Source: Candidatus Multivoradales bacterium (GTDB taxonomy: Bacteria > Acidobacteriota > Thermoanaerobaculia > Multivoradales > JAHEKO01). Taken from it: a DNA stretch of 64,000 nucleotides. The notes beneath the pieces were generated by a model that was given only the letters and a program-made list of their open reading frames with translations, ran no database searches and was not told the origin of the DNA. The position numbers were made by a program, and so were the translations under genes. This document shows positions 19,872-29,523 of this stretch, piece by piece (the first letter of the stretch is position 1; every line of letters begins with the position of its first letter). The stretch covers positions 576,001 to 640,000 of the forward strand of contig CBDFIJ010000004.1 of assembly GCA_965248055.1 (NCBI GenBank). The letters run 5' to 3'.

Positions 19872-20558
19872 ATGGCAGAATCCCCCGAGCACACGAGCAA
19901 CCGTATGGCCACCCACGACACACCAACTTCTTCATTTCGCACCGGAACCTTCACCGTCAACGGTGAGGAAAACATCACCGCCTATCCGGTACACCACACC
20001 CTGCTCGAGGTGCTGCGTGAGCGCCTCAACCTGACCGGTACCAAACACGGTTGCGAGCTGGGTGAGTGCGGTACTTGCACGGTGTTGATCGACAACCGAC
20101 CGGTACTTTCCTGTCTGGTGTTAGCTGCGGACGCCGAGGACAAACCGATCGAGACCGTTGAAGGTCTACAGCACGGCAACCAACTGCATCCATTGCAAGT
20201 GACTTTCGCCGACCTCGGTGCGGCGCAGTGTGGATACTGCACCCCGGGACTTCTGATGGCGGCCAAACAACTGCTCGACGTTGCCCCAGACCCCACCCGC
20301 GATCAGGTCTCTGAAGCATTGGGCGGCAATCTGTGTCGCTGCACCGGCTACATCAAGATCGTCGAGGCGGTCGAAGCTGCGGCCAGAATACAGCGCGGTG
20401 AAGATTGGCAGATCGGCGGTGAGGCGGTCTTTGGGTTTCCAGAACCAGGATTCCCAGAACCCAGAACCCCGGAACCCGGACCCGTGGAACCAGCATCCCC
20501 AAAACCTAGCTCCCCGCAAGCTTCCCCAGAATCTGAGGATTCCGGAGAGGGCCGATGA
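19872..20558 (+). CDS. hcrC: 2x[2Fe-2S] subunit of a xanthine-oxidase-family enzyme (4-hydroxybenzoyl-CoA reductase gamma-like)
   Basis: GTKHGCELGECGTCTV, QCGYCTPG, NLCRCTGY; Pro-rich tail. Start 19872 or 19905. Confidence 0.7.
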   Translation: MAESPEHTSNRMATHDTPTSSFRTGTFTVNGEENITAYPVHHTLLEVLRERLNLTGTKHGCELGECGTCTVLIDNRPVLSCLVLAADAEDKPIETVEGLQHGNQLHPLQVTFADLGAAQCGYCTPGLLMAAKQLLDVAPDPTRDQVSEALGGNLCRCTGYIKIVEAVEAAARIQRGEDWQIGGEAVFGFPEPGFPEPRTPEPGPVEPASPKPSSPQASPESEDSGEGR

Positions 20559-23176
20559 GTTCAGACGCCAAAGTCCGACGCCAGGGATCAGTCCAGCCCC
20601 AGGGCCAATCTAGCGGCCAATCTGGCAGCCAGTCTCAGAACCAGAGTGAACCGCGCGTGGTCGGCACGCCATTTCGCAGGGTCGACGGGCGGGCCAAAGT
20701 CACTGGCGTCACCCAGTATGCCGATGATCTGACCTTCCCGCGCATGGTTTATCTCAAATTGGTGCGCTCCACGGTGCCCCACGCGCGCATCGTTTCGATC
20801 GACTTGTCCGAGGCTGAGCAAGTCCCCGGGGTGCTTGGATTCTTGACCGGCGAGGACATGCCCGAGACCTTCGGCATCTTGCCGGTCTCTCAGGACGAAC
20901 ACGCGTTGTGCCCGGACAAAGTGCGCATGGTGGGCGATCCGGTGGTGGCGGTCGCTGCGACCACTGAGGATGCGGCCATTGAAGCTGCGCTCCGGGTCCA
21001 GGTGGAGTATCAACCCTTAGACACTATCTCCAGCGTTGAAGAGGCCCTCGACCCAGACCTGCCGCTGATCCACGAAAAGGACGGTCCGCACGGCAAGCAT
21101 GCTGGCCCCGCCAATATCCACAAACGGACCTCGATGGAGTTCGGCCAGGTCGACTCGGCGATCGACTCCGCCGACTTGGTGCTCGACGACACCTTCTTTT
21201 TCGACGGCAACACCCACTTGGCGATGGAGCAACACGCCTCGGTCGCGGTCCCCGAGGACGAAGGACGGATCACCCTTTACTCCTCCACCCAGACTCCGCA
21301 CTACGTGCATCGAGCCTTGGCGCGGGTGCTGGAGCTCCCCGCTTCTCGCATTCGGGTGATCGCCTGCTCCAACGGCGGCGGGTTCGGCGGCAAGAGCGAT
21401 CCCTTCAATCACGAAATCGTCGCTGCCAAGATGGCCCAAAAGCTGGGCAGGCCGGTCAAGGTCACGCTGACGCGAGAGGAAGTTTTCTACTGCCACCGCG
21501 GACGGCACCCGGTATTGATGCAGATGAAGACCGGATTCGACAGTCGCGGCAACATCCTCGGTCAACATTTGAAAACCGCGCTCGATGGCGGCGCCTACGG
21601 CAGCTACGGCGTGGCCTCTACCTACTACACCGGGGCGCTGCAGACCGTCACCTACAAGATCCCTCACTATCGATTTGACGGCGTACGTGCCTTTACCAAC
21701 AAGGCGCCTTGTGGCCCCAAGCGCGGTCACGGCACACCCCAGCCTCGCTTTGGTTGGGAAGTACAGCTCGACAAAGCGGCGCATCGACTGGGCATCGACC
21801 CGGTCGACATCCGCATGAGGAATCTGATCGCCCCAGACACCATCACCGCCAATTGGCTGCAGTTGGGCACCGTCGGTCTGGGTCGCTGCATTGACGCGGT
21901 GGTCGCCGGCAGTGGTTGGCGTGAGCGCTACGGCAAGCTACCCGAAGGCCGCGGCCTCGGAATCGCCTGCGGTTCCTACATGTGTGGCGCTGGGCTACCG
22001 ATCTACTGGAACCACATGCCGCAGTCTGGAGTGCAGATCAAACTCGATCGTTCCGGCGGCGTTGCGGTCTACTGCGGACAGGCGGAAATCGGCCAGGGAT
22101 CAGACAGCGTGCTGGCGGCGATGGTCGCCGAAGTGTTGGGTATCGAGCTAGACGACATCCGCCTGTGCGTCGCCGACACCGACCTGACGCCAGTGGACTT
22201 AGGCAGCTATTCGTCCCGCGTGACCTTGATGATGGGCAACGCAGCGCTGCAGGCAGCGGAGCGTGCCAAGGAACTGATCGCCAAGGGTGTGGCCCAGCGC
22301 TGGGAGATCGACCCGCAACAGGTCGAGTTCTTGGGCGGTGAAGTCTTCGATCGCGACAACCGAGACAACACGGTGAGCTTCCAGGACGCGGTGATCGAGG
22401 CCGAGGCGCGCTTTGGCACCATGGCGACCACCGGCTCCTACATTCCGCCCCGTGCTCCGGGGAAGTTTCGCGGCGCCGGAGTCGGCCCCTCCCCCACCTA
22501 CTCCTATACCGCGGCGGTGGTCGAAGTGGAGGTCGATCCCAGCACTGGTATCTATCGACCGCTGCACGTCTGGATCGCCCACGACATCGGTCGCTCGGTG
22601 AATCCAGCCCTGGTCATGGGTCAGGTCGAAGGCTCGGTCTATATGGGTCTGGGTGAAGCGATGATGGAAGAGCAAGTCTACCGACGCCTGCCTAAGAAAC
22701 TCTCTGGAGCGTTAGTCCACAAACACCCTTCGCTCTTGGAATACAAGAGCCCAACCTTTCTCGAAATGCCCGAGGTCACCACCTACTTGATTGAGGACCC
22801 CGACCCCGAAGGCCCGATGGGGGCCAAAGAAGTCGGACAGGGGCCGCTGCTACCGATGCCTCCAGCGTTGGCCAACGCCATTTTCGACGCGGTCGGCGTG
22901 CGGGTCGACCAAATCCCAATTCATCCGTCGCACGTCTTGGCGGCCTTGGAAGCCAAGGCCAAAGGTAATGAAGCCCGATTCGGTCCTGGCTCCTTTCCAG
23001 AGGTCGACTTCGGTGAGATCTTGGAAGTGCCAACTCCGGAACAAGGTGGGGATGGTCGAGCGATTAGCGACTACCGGCATCAGTTGCGCGGTGGCATGCG
23101 CTCCTCAGTGGGCACCATGACCACCCGGGAAGAAGCCCTGAAAGCCAAAGACGCGGCCCTGACGACTAAGAACTAA
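20555..23176 (+). CDS. hcrA: Molybdopterin-binding subunit (4-hydroxybenzoyl-CoA reductase alpha-like)
   Basis: GGGFGGK, HRGRH, RGHG, AEIGQGSD, LGSYSSRVT, GAKEVGQG. Confidence 0.7.
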   Translation: MSSDAKVRRQGSVQPQGQSSGQSGSQSQNQSEPRVVGTPFRRVDGRAKVTGVTQYADDLTFPRMVYLKLVRSTVPHARIVSIDLSEAEQVPGVLGFLTGEDMPETFGILPVSQDEHALCPDKVRMVGDPVVAVAATTEDAAIEAALRVQVEYQPLDTISSVEEALDPDLPLIHEKDGPHGKHAGPANIHKRTSMEFGQVDSAIDSADLVLDDTFFFDGNTHLAMEQHASVAVPEDEGRITLYSSTQTPHYVHRALARVLELPASRIRVIACSNGGGFGGKSDPFNHEIVAAKMAQKLGRPVKVTLTREEVFYCHRGRHPVLMQMKTGFDSRGNILGQHLKTALDGGAYGSYGVASTYYTGALQTVTYKIPHYRFDGVRAFTNKAPCGPKRGHGTPQPRFGWEVQLDKAAHRLGIDPVDIRMRNLIAPDTITANWLQLGTVGLGRCIDAVVAGSGWRERYGKLPEGRGLGIACGSYMCGAGLPIYWNHMPQSGVQIKLDRSGGVAVYCGQAEIGQGSDSVLAAMVAEVLGIELDDIRLCVADTDLTPVDLGSYSSRVTLMMGNAALQAAERAKELIAKGVAQRWEIDPQQVEFLGGEVFDRDNRDNTVSFQDAVIEAEARFGTMATTGSYIPPRAPGKFRGAGVGPSPTYSYTAAVVEVEVDPSTGIYRPLHVWIAHDIGRSVNPALVMGQVEGSVYMGLGEAMMEEQVYRRLPKKLSGALVHKHPSLLEYKSPTFLEMPEVTTYLIEDPDPEGPMGAKEVGQGPLLPMPPALANAIFDAVGVRVDQIPIHPSHVLAALEAKAKGNEARFGPGSFPEVDFGEILEVPTPEQGGDGRAISDYRHQLRGGMRSSVGTMTTREEALKAKDAALTTKN

Positions 23177-23196
23177 CCACTGACCACTAACCCAAA

Positions 23197-24219
23197 ATGC
23201 TACGCCTACCGCCCTTTCACTACTCCACCCCTGATTCTCTCGAGGAAGTGTTGCGCATTCTCGACGGCGAAGGACCCGGCGCGCGGGTGGTGGCCGGGGG
23301 CACCGATCTGTGGCCCAATATGAAGCGTCGCCACCAGAAAGCCGAGCACGTGGTGAGCCTGATGCGAGTGCCGGAGCTCAATAGCGTGACCAACGGCAAC
23401 GGATTGACAATCGGTGGCACCGCTCTGCTGGCCGATATCGCCGAGCACCGGAAAGTGCTCGGTGACTACCCAGGGTTAGCCACCGCCATCCGCTCGATCT
23501 CTTCTCCACCGCTACGCCAAATGGCAACCCTTGGCGGCAACCTGCTGGTCGACACCCGCTGCACCTACTACAACCAAACCGAGGAATGGCGTCGGTCGAT
23601 TGACTACTGCATGAAGGAGGATGGGACCGTCTGCTGGGTGGCTCCGAGTTCGCCGCGCTGCTGGGCCCATTCAGCCTCCGACTCTGCTCCCATGCTCGCC
23701 GCCCTGGGCGCTGAAGTCACCCTAGTTTCGACGCACGGCAAACGCCGCATCCCGGTCGCCGATTTGTACCGCAACGACGGCATTGAATATTTGGCTCTGG
23801 CTCCAGGCGAGATTCTCACCGCGATCCACCTAGACCCAGAATCAGCCGCACCCAACTGTCGATCGGCGTTCTGGAAACTACGCCGCCGAGGCTCGATCGA
23901 CTTCGCAGTACTCTCGGTCGCCGTCGCCGCGCGATTTGAAGAAGACGGCGAGACCGTCAAGCAATGCAACATCTACCTCGGAGCCGTCGCCTCCCTACCG
24001 CTACACATTCCGGCGGACTCGTTGACCGGGCATAGCCTGGACGAAGAACGCATCGCCGCCGTCGCCAGCCAAGCGCGCAAACTAGCGACCCCGATGGACA
24101 ACACCGATTTTCTGGCCCAGTGGCGGGGGAAGGTCGTGACGTCGTATGTCACCGCGGCGTTGCGAGAAGTCGCCGGACGTGAGCCGGGGATTCTGGCTCC
24201 AGCGCACCGACAGTTGTAG
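23197..24219 (+). CDS. hcrB: FAD-binding subunit with [4Fe-4S] insert (4-hydroxybenzoyl-CoA reductase beta-like)
   Basis: AGGTDL, ATLGGN, DTRCTYYNQ...C...C...C four-Cys insert, KLRRRGSIDF. Confidence 0.75.
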   Translation: MLRLPPFHYSTPDSLEEVLRILDGEGPGARVVAGGTDLWPNMKRRHQKAEHVVSLMRVPELNSVTNGNGLTIGGTALLADIAEHRKVLGDYPGLATAIRSISSPPLRQMATLGGNLLVDTRCTYYNQTEEWRRSIDYCMKEDGTVCWVAPSSPRCWAHSASDSAPMLAALGAEVTLVSTHGKRRIPVADLYRNDGIEYLALAPGEILTAIHLDPESAAPNCRSAFWKLRRRGSIDFAVLSVAVAARFEEDGETVKQCNIYLGAVASLPLHIPADSLTGHSLDEERIAAVASQARKLATPMDNTDFLAQWRGKVVTSYVTAALREVAGREPGILAPAHRQL

Positions 24220-24370
24220 GGCGCCTCGCCTTCTGCACCTCTCAGTAAAAGCCATCTAGGTCACTTACGATGAACCGCTTCGGTCAGACAACTTCTTTTT
24301 CTATTTCAAGCCCAGCTTCGAACAAACTGCCACACGCTGGCGTCAACGCGCACAGGCACACCAGCACGCA

Positions 24371-24386
24371 TGGCATGGCCCTTGCT
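24371..24386 (+). promoter_or_regulatory. Sigma-54 (-24/-12) promoter
   Basis: TGGCATGGCCCTTGCT: GG-N10-GC with TGGCA and TTGC consensus, upstream of ORF 24473. Confidence 0.65.
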
Positions 24387-24472
24387 ATTTTGTGAAACAT
24401 GACGAAGTCAACTTCTAACCTGATTGCAGAGAACGGGGACAATATCAAGTACGCGACGGATAGGGAGAAACA

Positions 24473-25297
24473 GTGACAGTTTCAAACAGGGCTAACGTAA
24501 ACAAACCACATTGGGGCAACCGAAACCACTGGCGGCCCATTAACGCATTTGTGTTCTTACTAGGCCTCAACGCCTCACTCCTTCTTGCCGCTCCAATCCA
24601 AGCAATTGACACATCAAGCGGCAGCAAAGGAGCGGCGACAAAAGTCTGGGAGTTGTCCTATGGAGGGGACACTTTCGTTGTACGCGAGACCATTGGGCGC
24701 GATATCAGCATCGATGGGGTAACAGCGACCTATCACCATCTGGATAGCCGCGGGAACACAACCACAACGTTGCGCGGCGTTGACGAGCACGGCCACTTTG
24801 AAGTAGTGGGTTGGGAAGCCAAGGAAGCCGCGCATCTTCCTGAAAATCGGCAATACTTGCTCAAGTTTCCACTCGAGTTAGGAACGCAATGGAACTCCCG
24901 CCAATACTTCTACCCCCAGTCACAATCTTTGAACTTGGCAGGAAAGCACGGCAACCAGCGGCCGCAGGCAATCTATGTAGACAGACCCTCAGTCCGATCA
25001 ATGACACTGAACCACCAAATTGTTGCGCTGGACGAATCAATTACCGTTCCCGCCGGCACGTATGGCGGCTGCATGAAAGTGCAAACTAAGGGCATCTTTC
25101 ACTCACGCGTGTCGCAACGAGATGATCCCGCGCAACGAACAACCTACCGGTATTTGCGCATAGATTGGTGGGCGCCGGGGGTCGGCATCATTCGCACTGT
25201 CACGACCGAAGACTCTGACAATGTCTCAAGAAATCAGTTACGGGAGTCTTCAATACATCTTGTTTCGAGCACACAGACGACAAGTCCGTCTCAATAG
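24473..25297 (+). CDS. Secreted beta-rich hypothetical protein
   Basis: AGGGAG RBS, signal-like segment, LKFPLELGTQW, ESITVPAGTY, WWAPGVGII motifs. Confidence 0.7.
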   Translation: MTVSNRANVNKPHWGNRNHWRPINAFVFLLGLNASLLLAAPIQAIDTSSGSKGAATKVWELSYGGDTFVVRETIGRDISIDGVTATYHHLDSRGNTTTTLRGVDEHGHFEVVGWEAKEAAHLPENRQYLLKFPLELGTQWNSRQYFYPQSQSLNLAGKHGNQRPQAIYVDRPSVRSMTLNHQIVALDESITVPAGTYGGCMKVQTKGIFHSRVSQRDDPAQRTTYRYLRIDWWAPGVGIIRTVTTEDSDNVSRNQLRESSIHLVSSTQTTSPSQ

Positions 25298-25452
25298 CGG
25301 CTGGGGCGCGATGCCGTCGGCCGGCATTTGTGGTTGGTCTCGTACGTCACTGTTACTCTGCGCAAAGTCGGCATGAATGAGCCGCCGGGCTTGGCGTGTT
25401 CAAGGGGCTGGAACTAACCCGACCTACTCACAAACTACGGCTTGACAGACCA

Positions 25453-25563
25453 CCAAACGTTAAGCTGAAATTTGACCACATCGCCATCGGCGACCAGATA
25501 CTCCTTGCCCTCATGGCGCAGGGTGGCGTTATCGCAGCACGCGGCTAGAGAGCCGGCTTCGAT
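25453..25563 (-). pseudogene. ychF: Displaced 3' fragment of ychF (Obg-like ATPase), copy 1
   Basis: IEAGSLAACCDNATLRHEGKEYLVADGDVVKFQLNV followed by TGG where the stop is expected; resembles the YchF C-terminus LRLEGKEYxVxDGDVxxFxFNV*. Confidence 0.75.
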
Positions 25564-25564
25564 C

Positions 25565-25910
25565 TCAAGGCCCCAATAGCCACCCTGGGGCAGATGAAAT
25601 ACTGTGTTCTTCCATAAACTCAAGAATACCCTGATAGCCGAGATTACGTCCTAGACCACTCTGTTTGAAACCGCCAAACGGCGCTCTGCTGTCTTGTGCC
25701 ATCGGCCCGTGCGCATTCAAATAGGTATATCCGGCGTGCAACCGGCGAGCGAGACCCAACGCGCGTTGGGGGTCTTCCGTCCATACAGAGGAGCAGAGAC
25801 CAAATTCTGAGTCATTCGCCATTTCCACCGCAACCTGCTCATCGTCGAATGGAATGATCGGCACCACGGGTCCAAATTGTTCGCTATTGACCACCTTAAA
25901 GGACGCATCA
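25565..25910 (-). pseudogene. 3' fragment of aldehyde dehydrogenase (duplicate of 29511-29854), truncated by IS256
   Basis: About 13 mismatches in 344 bp to the intact ALDH (manual count); homology stops exactly at the IS end (25911). Confidence 0.9.
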
Positions 25911-27341
25911 GAGTCAATCCCATTCCTAGTTGAAACAATTCACGGCTCCGGTTGATTTAGGCCGCTCTTGCGGCCACTTCCTTGTTTTCGATCTTCAGTT
26001 TCCTCATCAAGGCTTCTCGTAGTTGCGGCAAGTGACGGTAGCCCATCACTCGTCTCAGCCGCGGTTCGATATCCAGCAGTGCGGTGGCCAGCCAGCGTTG
26101 CCGTTGGTTGGAATTTTTCCAGTAGTCGATCTTGGCGCAGCGGGCCTCGACAGCTGCATTGATCGACTCAAGACAATTGGTAGTTTTAAACGAGCGACCC
26201 AGGACCCCGTAGAGTCCTAGTTGATGCAGCGTCAAGGTCTCTTCCAGCCCTTCTCTCAGGCTGGCCGCCGCTGACTGGTTGCGATCTTCCAGCTCGTGGC
26301 GGAGCTCCTCAAGCGCAGTCTTAGCCTCCTCGTATTCTGGTCGGTTGTAAGCTCGCTGCAACCTCTGGCGCCACAGCGCCTGTTCTCCCTTGGGTAAATA
26401 GCTGACCACGTTCTCACGCTTGTGCCACTGGCAGCGTTGCACCAGGGCTCGACCCTTAAACGCCTTGGCAACGGCCGAGCGTAATCCCTTGCCACCATCA
26501 ATGATCACCAGCAAGCCCTGGGAAATGTCGAGACCTCGCTCGATGAGTGAGCGCAGAAAGGGCGTCAACACCTTCTCGTTCTCGGTACCCGTCTCGACAA
26601 AGCCCAGGAAGCGTTTATCTCCGCTGGCCGTGATGCCCAAAGCCACTACCATCGTGGTGTCAGCAAACGTCTTACCGTCCAAGAACAGAGCAACCACATC
26701 CTCTCCACCGAGGTCGCGTTGCTGAAACTCTTTGAGCTTGGCTGCGCTGGCCTCAATGAAGCCACGCGAGACCGTCGAGCTAGACAGCCCGATGGCACCT
26801 GGAATCGACTCCGCTGCCGCTTCGTAGTCACGGCATGAGATTCCGTAGAGCACCCGCCTTAGGAGTAGATCGTTGGCCTCCCGGTCGTTGCCCAGGGCTT
26901 CGTAGCTCGAGAGTGGAATCTCTCCCCCTGAAACACTGCGGACCCGAGGCACTTGGATCGGCACTCGTTGGCCAGCAAGGCCCACCGTGCCGGGGTTACT
27001 CCCGTGACGCCGACCTTGTGTTGATGACTCTTTGCGCGCGTATCGCTCCCCTGCTAGAGACGTCACTTCCTGGTTCAGCAACTCATGGATGTGCATCAAA
27101 CCTATTGGCACCAAAGAGCGAATTAGATCCACTTTGGTGTCCAGTTCAAGAGCAGCGTAGTGGCTGTGGCTCACGACTTCGACCTCACCCAGCTTGCGAT
27201 TCTTCTTGCGTTTCTTGACTCTATGTAAAACACTCATCTATCGGCTCCTTTTCTCGTTGTGGCTTGATGGCCTCTTGGAAATTCCATCAAATCACGGGTT
27301 GAGGAGCCGTTTCAAATTTCAACTAACTTTAGGACACACTC
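25911..27341 (-). mobile_element. IS256-family insertion sequence
   Basis: Imperfect IRs GAGTCAATCCCATTCCTAGTTGAAA (25911) and reverse complement GAGTGTGTCCTAAAGTTAGTTGAAA (ending 27341), 17/25; no target duplication seen. Confidence 0.85.
25957..27237 (-). CDS. IS256-family DDE transposase
   Basis: LFLDG, IIDGGKGL, QRCQWHK, TTNCLESIN. Confidence 0.93.
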   Translation of the reverse strand: MSVLHRVKKRKKNRKLGEVEVVSHSHYAALELDTKVDLIRSLVPIGLMHIHELLNQEVTSLAGERYARKESSTQGRRHGSNPGTVGLAGQRVPIQVPRVRSVSGGEIPLSSYEALGNDREANDLLLRRVLYGISCRDYEAAAESIPGAIGLSSSTVSRGFIEASAAKLKEFQQRDLGGEDVVALFLDGKTFADTTMVVALGITASGDKRFLGFVETGTENEKVLTPFLRSLIERGLDISQGLLVIIDGGKGLRSAVAKAFKGRALVQRCQWHKRENVVSYLPKGEQALWRQRLQRAYNRPEYEEAKTALEELRHELEDRNQSAAASLREGLEETLTLHQLGLYGVLGRSFKTTNCLESINAAVEARCAKIDYWKNSNQRQRWLATALLDIEPRLRRVMGYRHLPQLREALMRKLKIENKEVAARAA

Positions 27342-27551
27342 GGCCCGCCTATAGCAAGGGACTCCGGCAATACAGCAACTCATTAGAGTTGAAAATCTCA
27401 AACAAAGAGATATTGGCATTGTCAACCAATGAAACAGAAAGCACCATCAGTAAGTAACTATGCAATCCCTTGCAAAAAGCGTTTTAAAGTGTCCGATGTT
27501 CTGAATCCGTTATTCGGGTGGCACCACTCCCCACTCCCTACTGGTTCTACT

Positions 27552-27585
27552 GGTTCCAGGTGAATTGTGGGAGATCTCCAGAGTG
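27552..27585 (+). repeat. 34-bp direct repeat, copy 1
   Basis: GGTTCCAGGTGAATTGTGGGAGATCTCCAGAGTG identical to 29177-29210; partial copy at 27679-27699. Confidence 0.85.
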
Positions 27586-27586
27586 G

Positions 27587-27661
27587 AGCCGCATTCGCCT
27601 CCAGCGTCGTCGAGTCCACCCCCAGCGTCTTGCCCTTCAACAGTCCAAACTTGGACAGCAT
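27587..27661 (-). pseudogene. Small IS1182/IS4-like transposase remnant
   Basis: LSKFGLLKGKTLGVDSTTLEANAA resembles the first catalytic Asp region (xVDxTxLEANAA). Confidence 0.55.
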
Positions 27662-27738
27662 GCCCAGGATCCGAACTGGGTTCCAGGTGAATTCTGGGAC
27701 GTCGGCTCCGGCCTCTTGTGGTTAGGTGGGCAACACGA

Positions 27739-29097
27739 TCAGCGATCTATCTCTGAGCGGTCGAGTTCCAATTCGTCCCACAGGAAATCAAAGTTCGCTG
27801 GTTCCTCGCCGGCTTCTCGAGCTCGGCGTCTTTCGAGTACTTCATAGCTCTCCAGCAGCCGCGTGACCTCGCGCCGACCTTGAACCGTTCTCACTGCATT
27901 GCGGGGAGAAACATCGCCCAGAGCCGGAATCTCATCCTCCACCCAGTTCCTGTAGACACGACGGTGGATCTGCTCCCTGATCTCCGGGGTGATCTCGATC
28001 TCGCTGTTGTTCAATTTCTCGGCCGGACGCCGCTTAAGAAGCGCCACTGGATCAGAAATTTCTCGGGTGACGAATGCCACCGTAGCGTCAAATGCCTCCT
28101 CAAACCACGATTTGTTGCTTTCGGCCAATGGAACTGAACGCGAAAAAAGTTCGATCCGATCCGACCGCTTACCGGGATTGATTCCCAGCAGTACTCGCGA
28201 ATGCGCTACCCCCGGCTCTTCGAGCCGCACCCATCCATTCTCCGCATCCCCCTCCACTTCCTTCAAGCGCGCCAACACATTGTCAAATGCGCCACGATCA
28301 CGGATCCGGTAGTGATCGGTTACAAACATCGCGGCTTCACCCGTGGCCGCATCAACAATAACTGGCCCTCGTGTCACACTCATCAACGCTCGTAGCCATA
28401 TGTCAATCAGGTCCAGAGATAGATCATCTGGGTCTACATCATCAGCCTGCTCCCATTCACTCACTGCCTGTGCAACCACCGATTCAACCGTGCTCAATCC
28501 GTAGATCGCCCCGCTTAGCACCTCGACTTCTGCCGCAACAACCCGTGCCAATATGAGATCGCCAGCCTGAAGCGCCTGTGATCCCGCACGCTCCACGACC
28601 CGCCGCGGTGCAGACGCCCTATCCACATAGTCTTGCAGGACCAGAGCCTGTCCTGGGATCGACTCGACAATCCGGTAGGGTTGAAGCGGGTTTCGCTGAA
28701 GCTCTTCCAAATACCCACGGCCCTCGGCGGACAAGATTGGGCCATCCGGGCCCAATGCAAGCGATATGGTCGATTCCCAACCGTCCCCTGTCAGCAGTTC
28801 ACCATCAGCGATCAGCCACTCCTGAGAATTGATGAGGACCATCTCATGGAGATCATCAGGTAGCTCTCCGAGCTCCCCCTTTTCCTCATCCGACAAGCTG
28901 CCGAAATACAATTCCTCCAATTCTTGCTGAGCGGATTCGGCGTGATTCTCCGCGATCCAACTCAAGACTCTTCCAACAGTACCGTCTGTCGCCGACCTTG
29001 CTCGCGCGGCTTCCTGGCGCCGACGCGAACAGCACCTCTTGTATTTACGCCCACTGCCGCAAGGGCAAGGTTCATTGCGTCCTGGATTGCCACTCAT
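27739..29097 (-). CDS. SEC-C metal-binding domain protein with C-terminal Xre/MbcA/ParS-like domain
   Basis: GRNEPCPCGSGRKYKRCC; C-terminal WVEDEIPALGDVSPRNAVRT. Confidence 0.8.
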   Translation of the reverse strand: MSGNPGRNEPCPCGSGRKYKRCCSRRRQEAARARSATDGTVGRVLSWIAENHAESAQQELEELYFGSLSDEEKGELGELPDDLHEMVLINSQEWLIADGELLTGDGWESTISLALGPDGPILSAEGRGYLEELQRNPLQPYRIVESIPGQALVLQDYVDRASAPRRVVERAGSQALQAGDLILARVVAAEVEVLSGAIYGLSTVESVVAQAVSEWEQADDVDPDDLSLDLIDIWLRALMSVTRGPVIVDAATGEAAMFVTDHYRIRDRGAFDNVLARLKEVEGDAENGWVRLEEPGVAHSRVLLGINPGKRSDRIELFSRSVPLAESNKSWFEEAFDATVAFVTREISDPVALLKRRPAEKLNNSEIEITPEIREQIHRRVYRNWVEDEIPALGDVSPRNAVRTVQGRREVTRLLESYEVLERRRAREAGEEPANFDFLWDELELDRSEIDR

Positions 29098-29176
29098 CTT
29101 GACCCCATCATATTGCCCCTCTCTCATGCTTGGTAGGGCCGTTGCAAGACGCCTTCAGACGAAGCTCTCCCAGATA

Positions 29177-29210
29177 GGTTCCAGGTGAATTGTGGGAGAT
29201 CTCCAGAGTG
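29177..29210 (+). repeat. 34-bp direct repeat, copy 2, immediately upstream of the RAYT
   Basis: Identical to 27552-27585. Confidence 0.85.
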
Positions 29211-29229
29211 AAATGCGTCTCTTATTAAT

Positions 29230-29523
29230 ATGGCGAGAAGATTACGCTTCATTCCACCCAATGGCGCCCTGGTCGAGATTACCTGCCGCACGTTCCAAGG
29301 ATGCTACTTGCTCAAACCCTCTCCGGTGGTCAACGACATGGTTCTTGGCGTCTTGGGTCGCGCGCAAAGACTCTACCCTGTAGACGTCCATGCCTTCGTC
29401 TTCATGTCCAACCACTACCACCTCCTGATTTCCGTTCCCGATGCCCAGCGCATGGCCAACTTCATGCGCTATTTCAACTCGAACCTAGCCCGCGAGATCG
29501 GCCTTATGCGAAGGCCCGAATAG
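29230..29523 (+). pseudogene. Truncated REP-associated tyrosine (Y1/HUH) transposase (RAYT-like)
   Basis: MARRLR, ITCRT, HAFVFMSNHYHLL (HUH motif); ends abruptly where the ALDH 3' end begins, so the catalytic Tyr region is absent. Confidence 0.8.

Noticed and set aside
27342-27550. AT-rich stretch next to IS256
   Set aside because: Probably a gene remnant, but no identifiable product or structure.
27552-29210. 34-bp repeats as a CRISPR array
   Set aside because: Only two full copies 1.6 kb apart plus one partial; no regular spacers and no cas genes.
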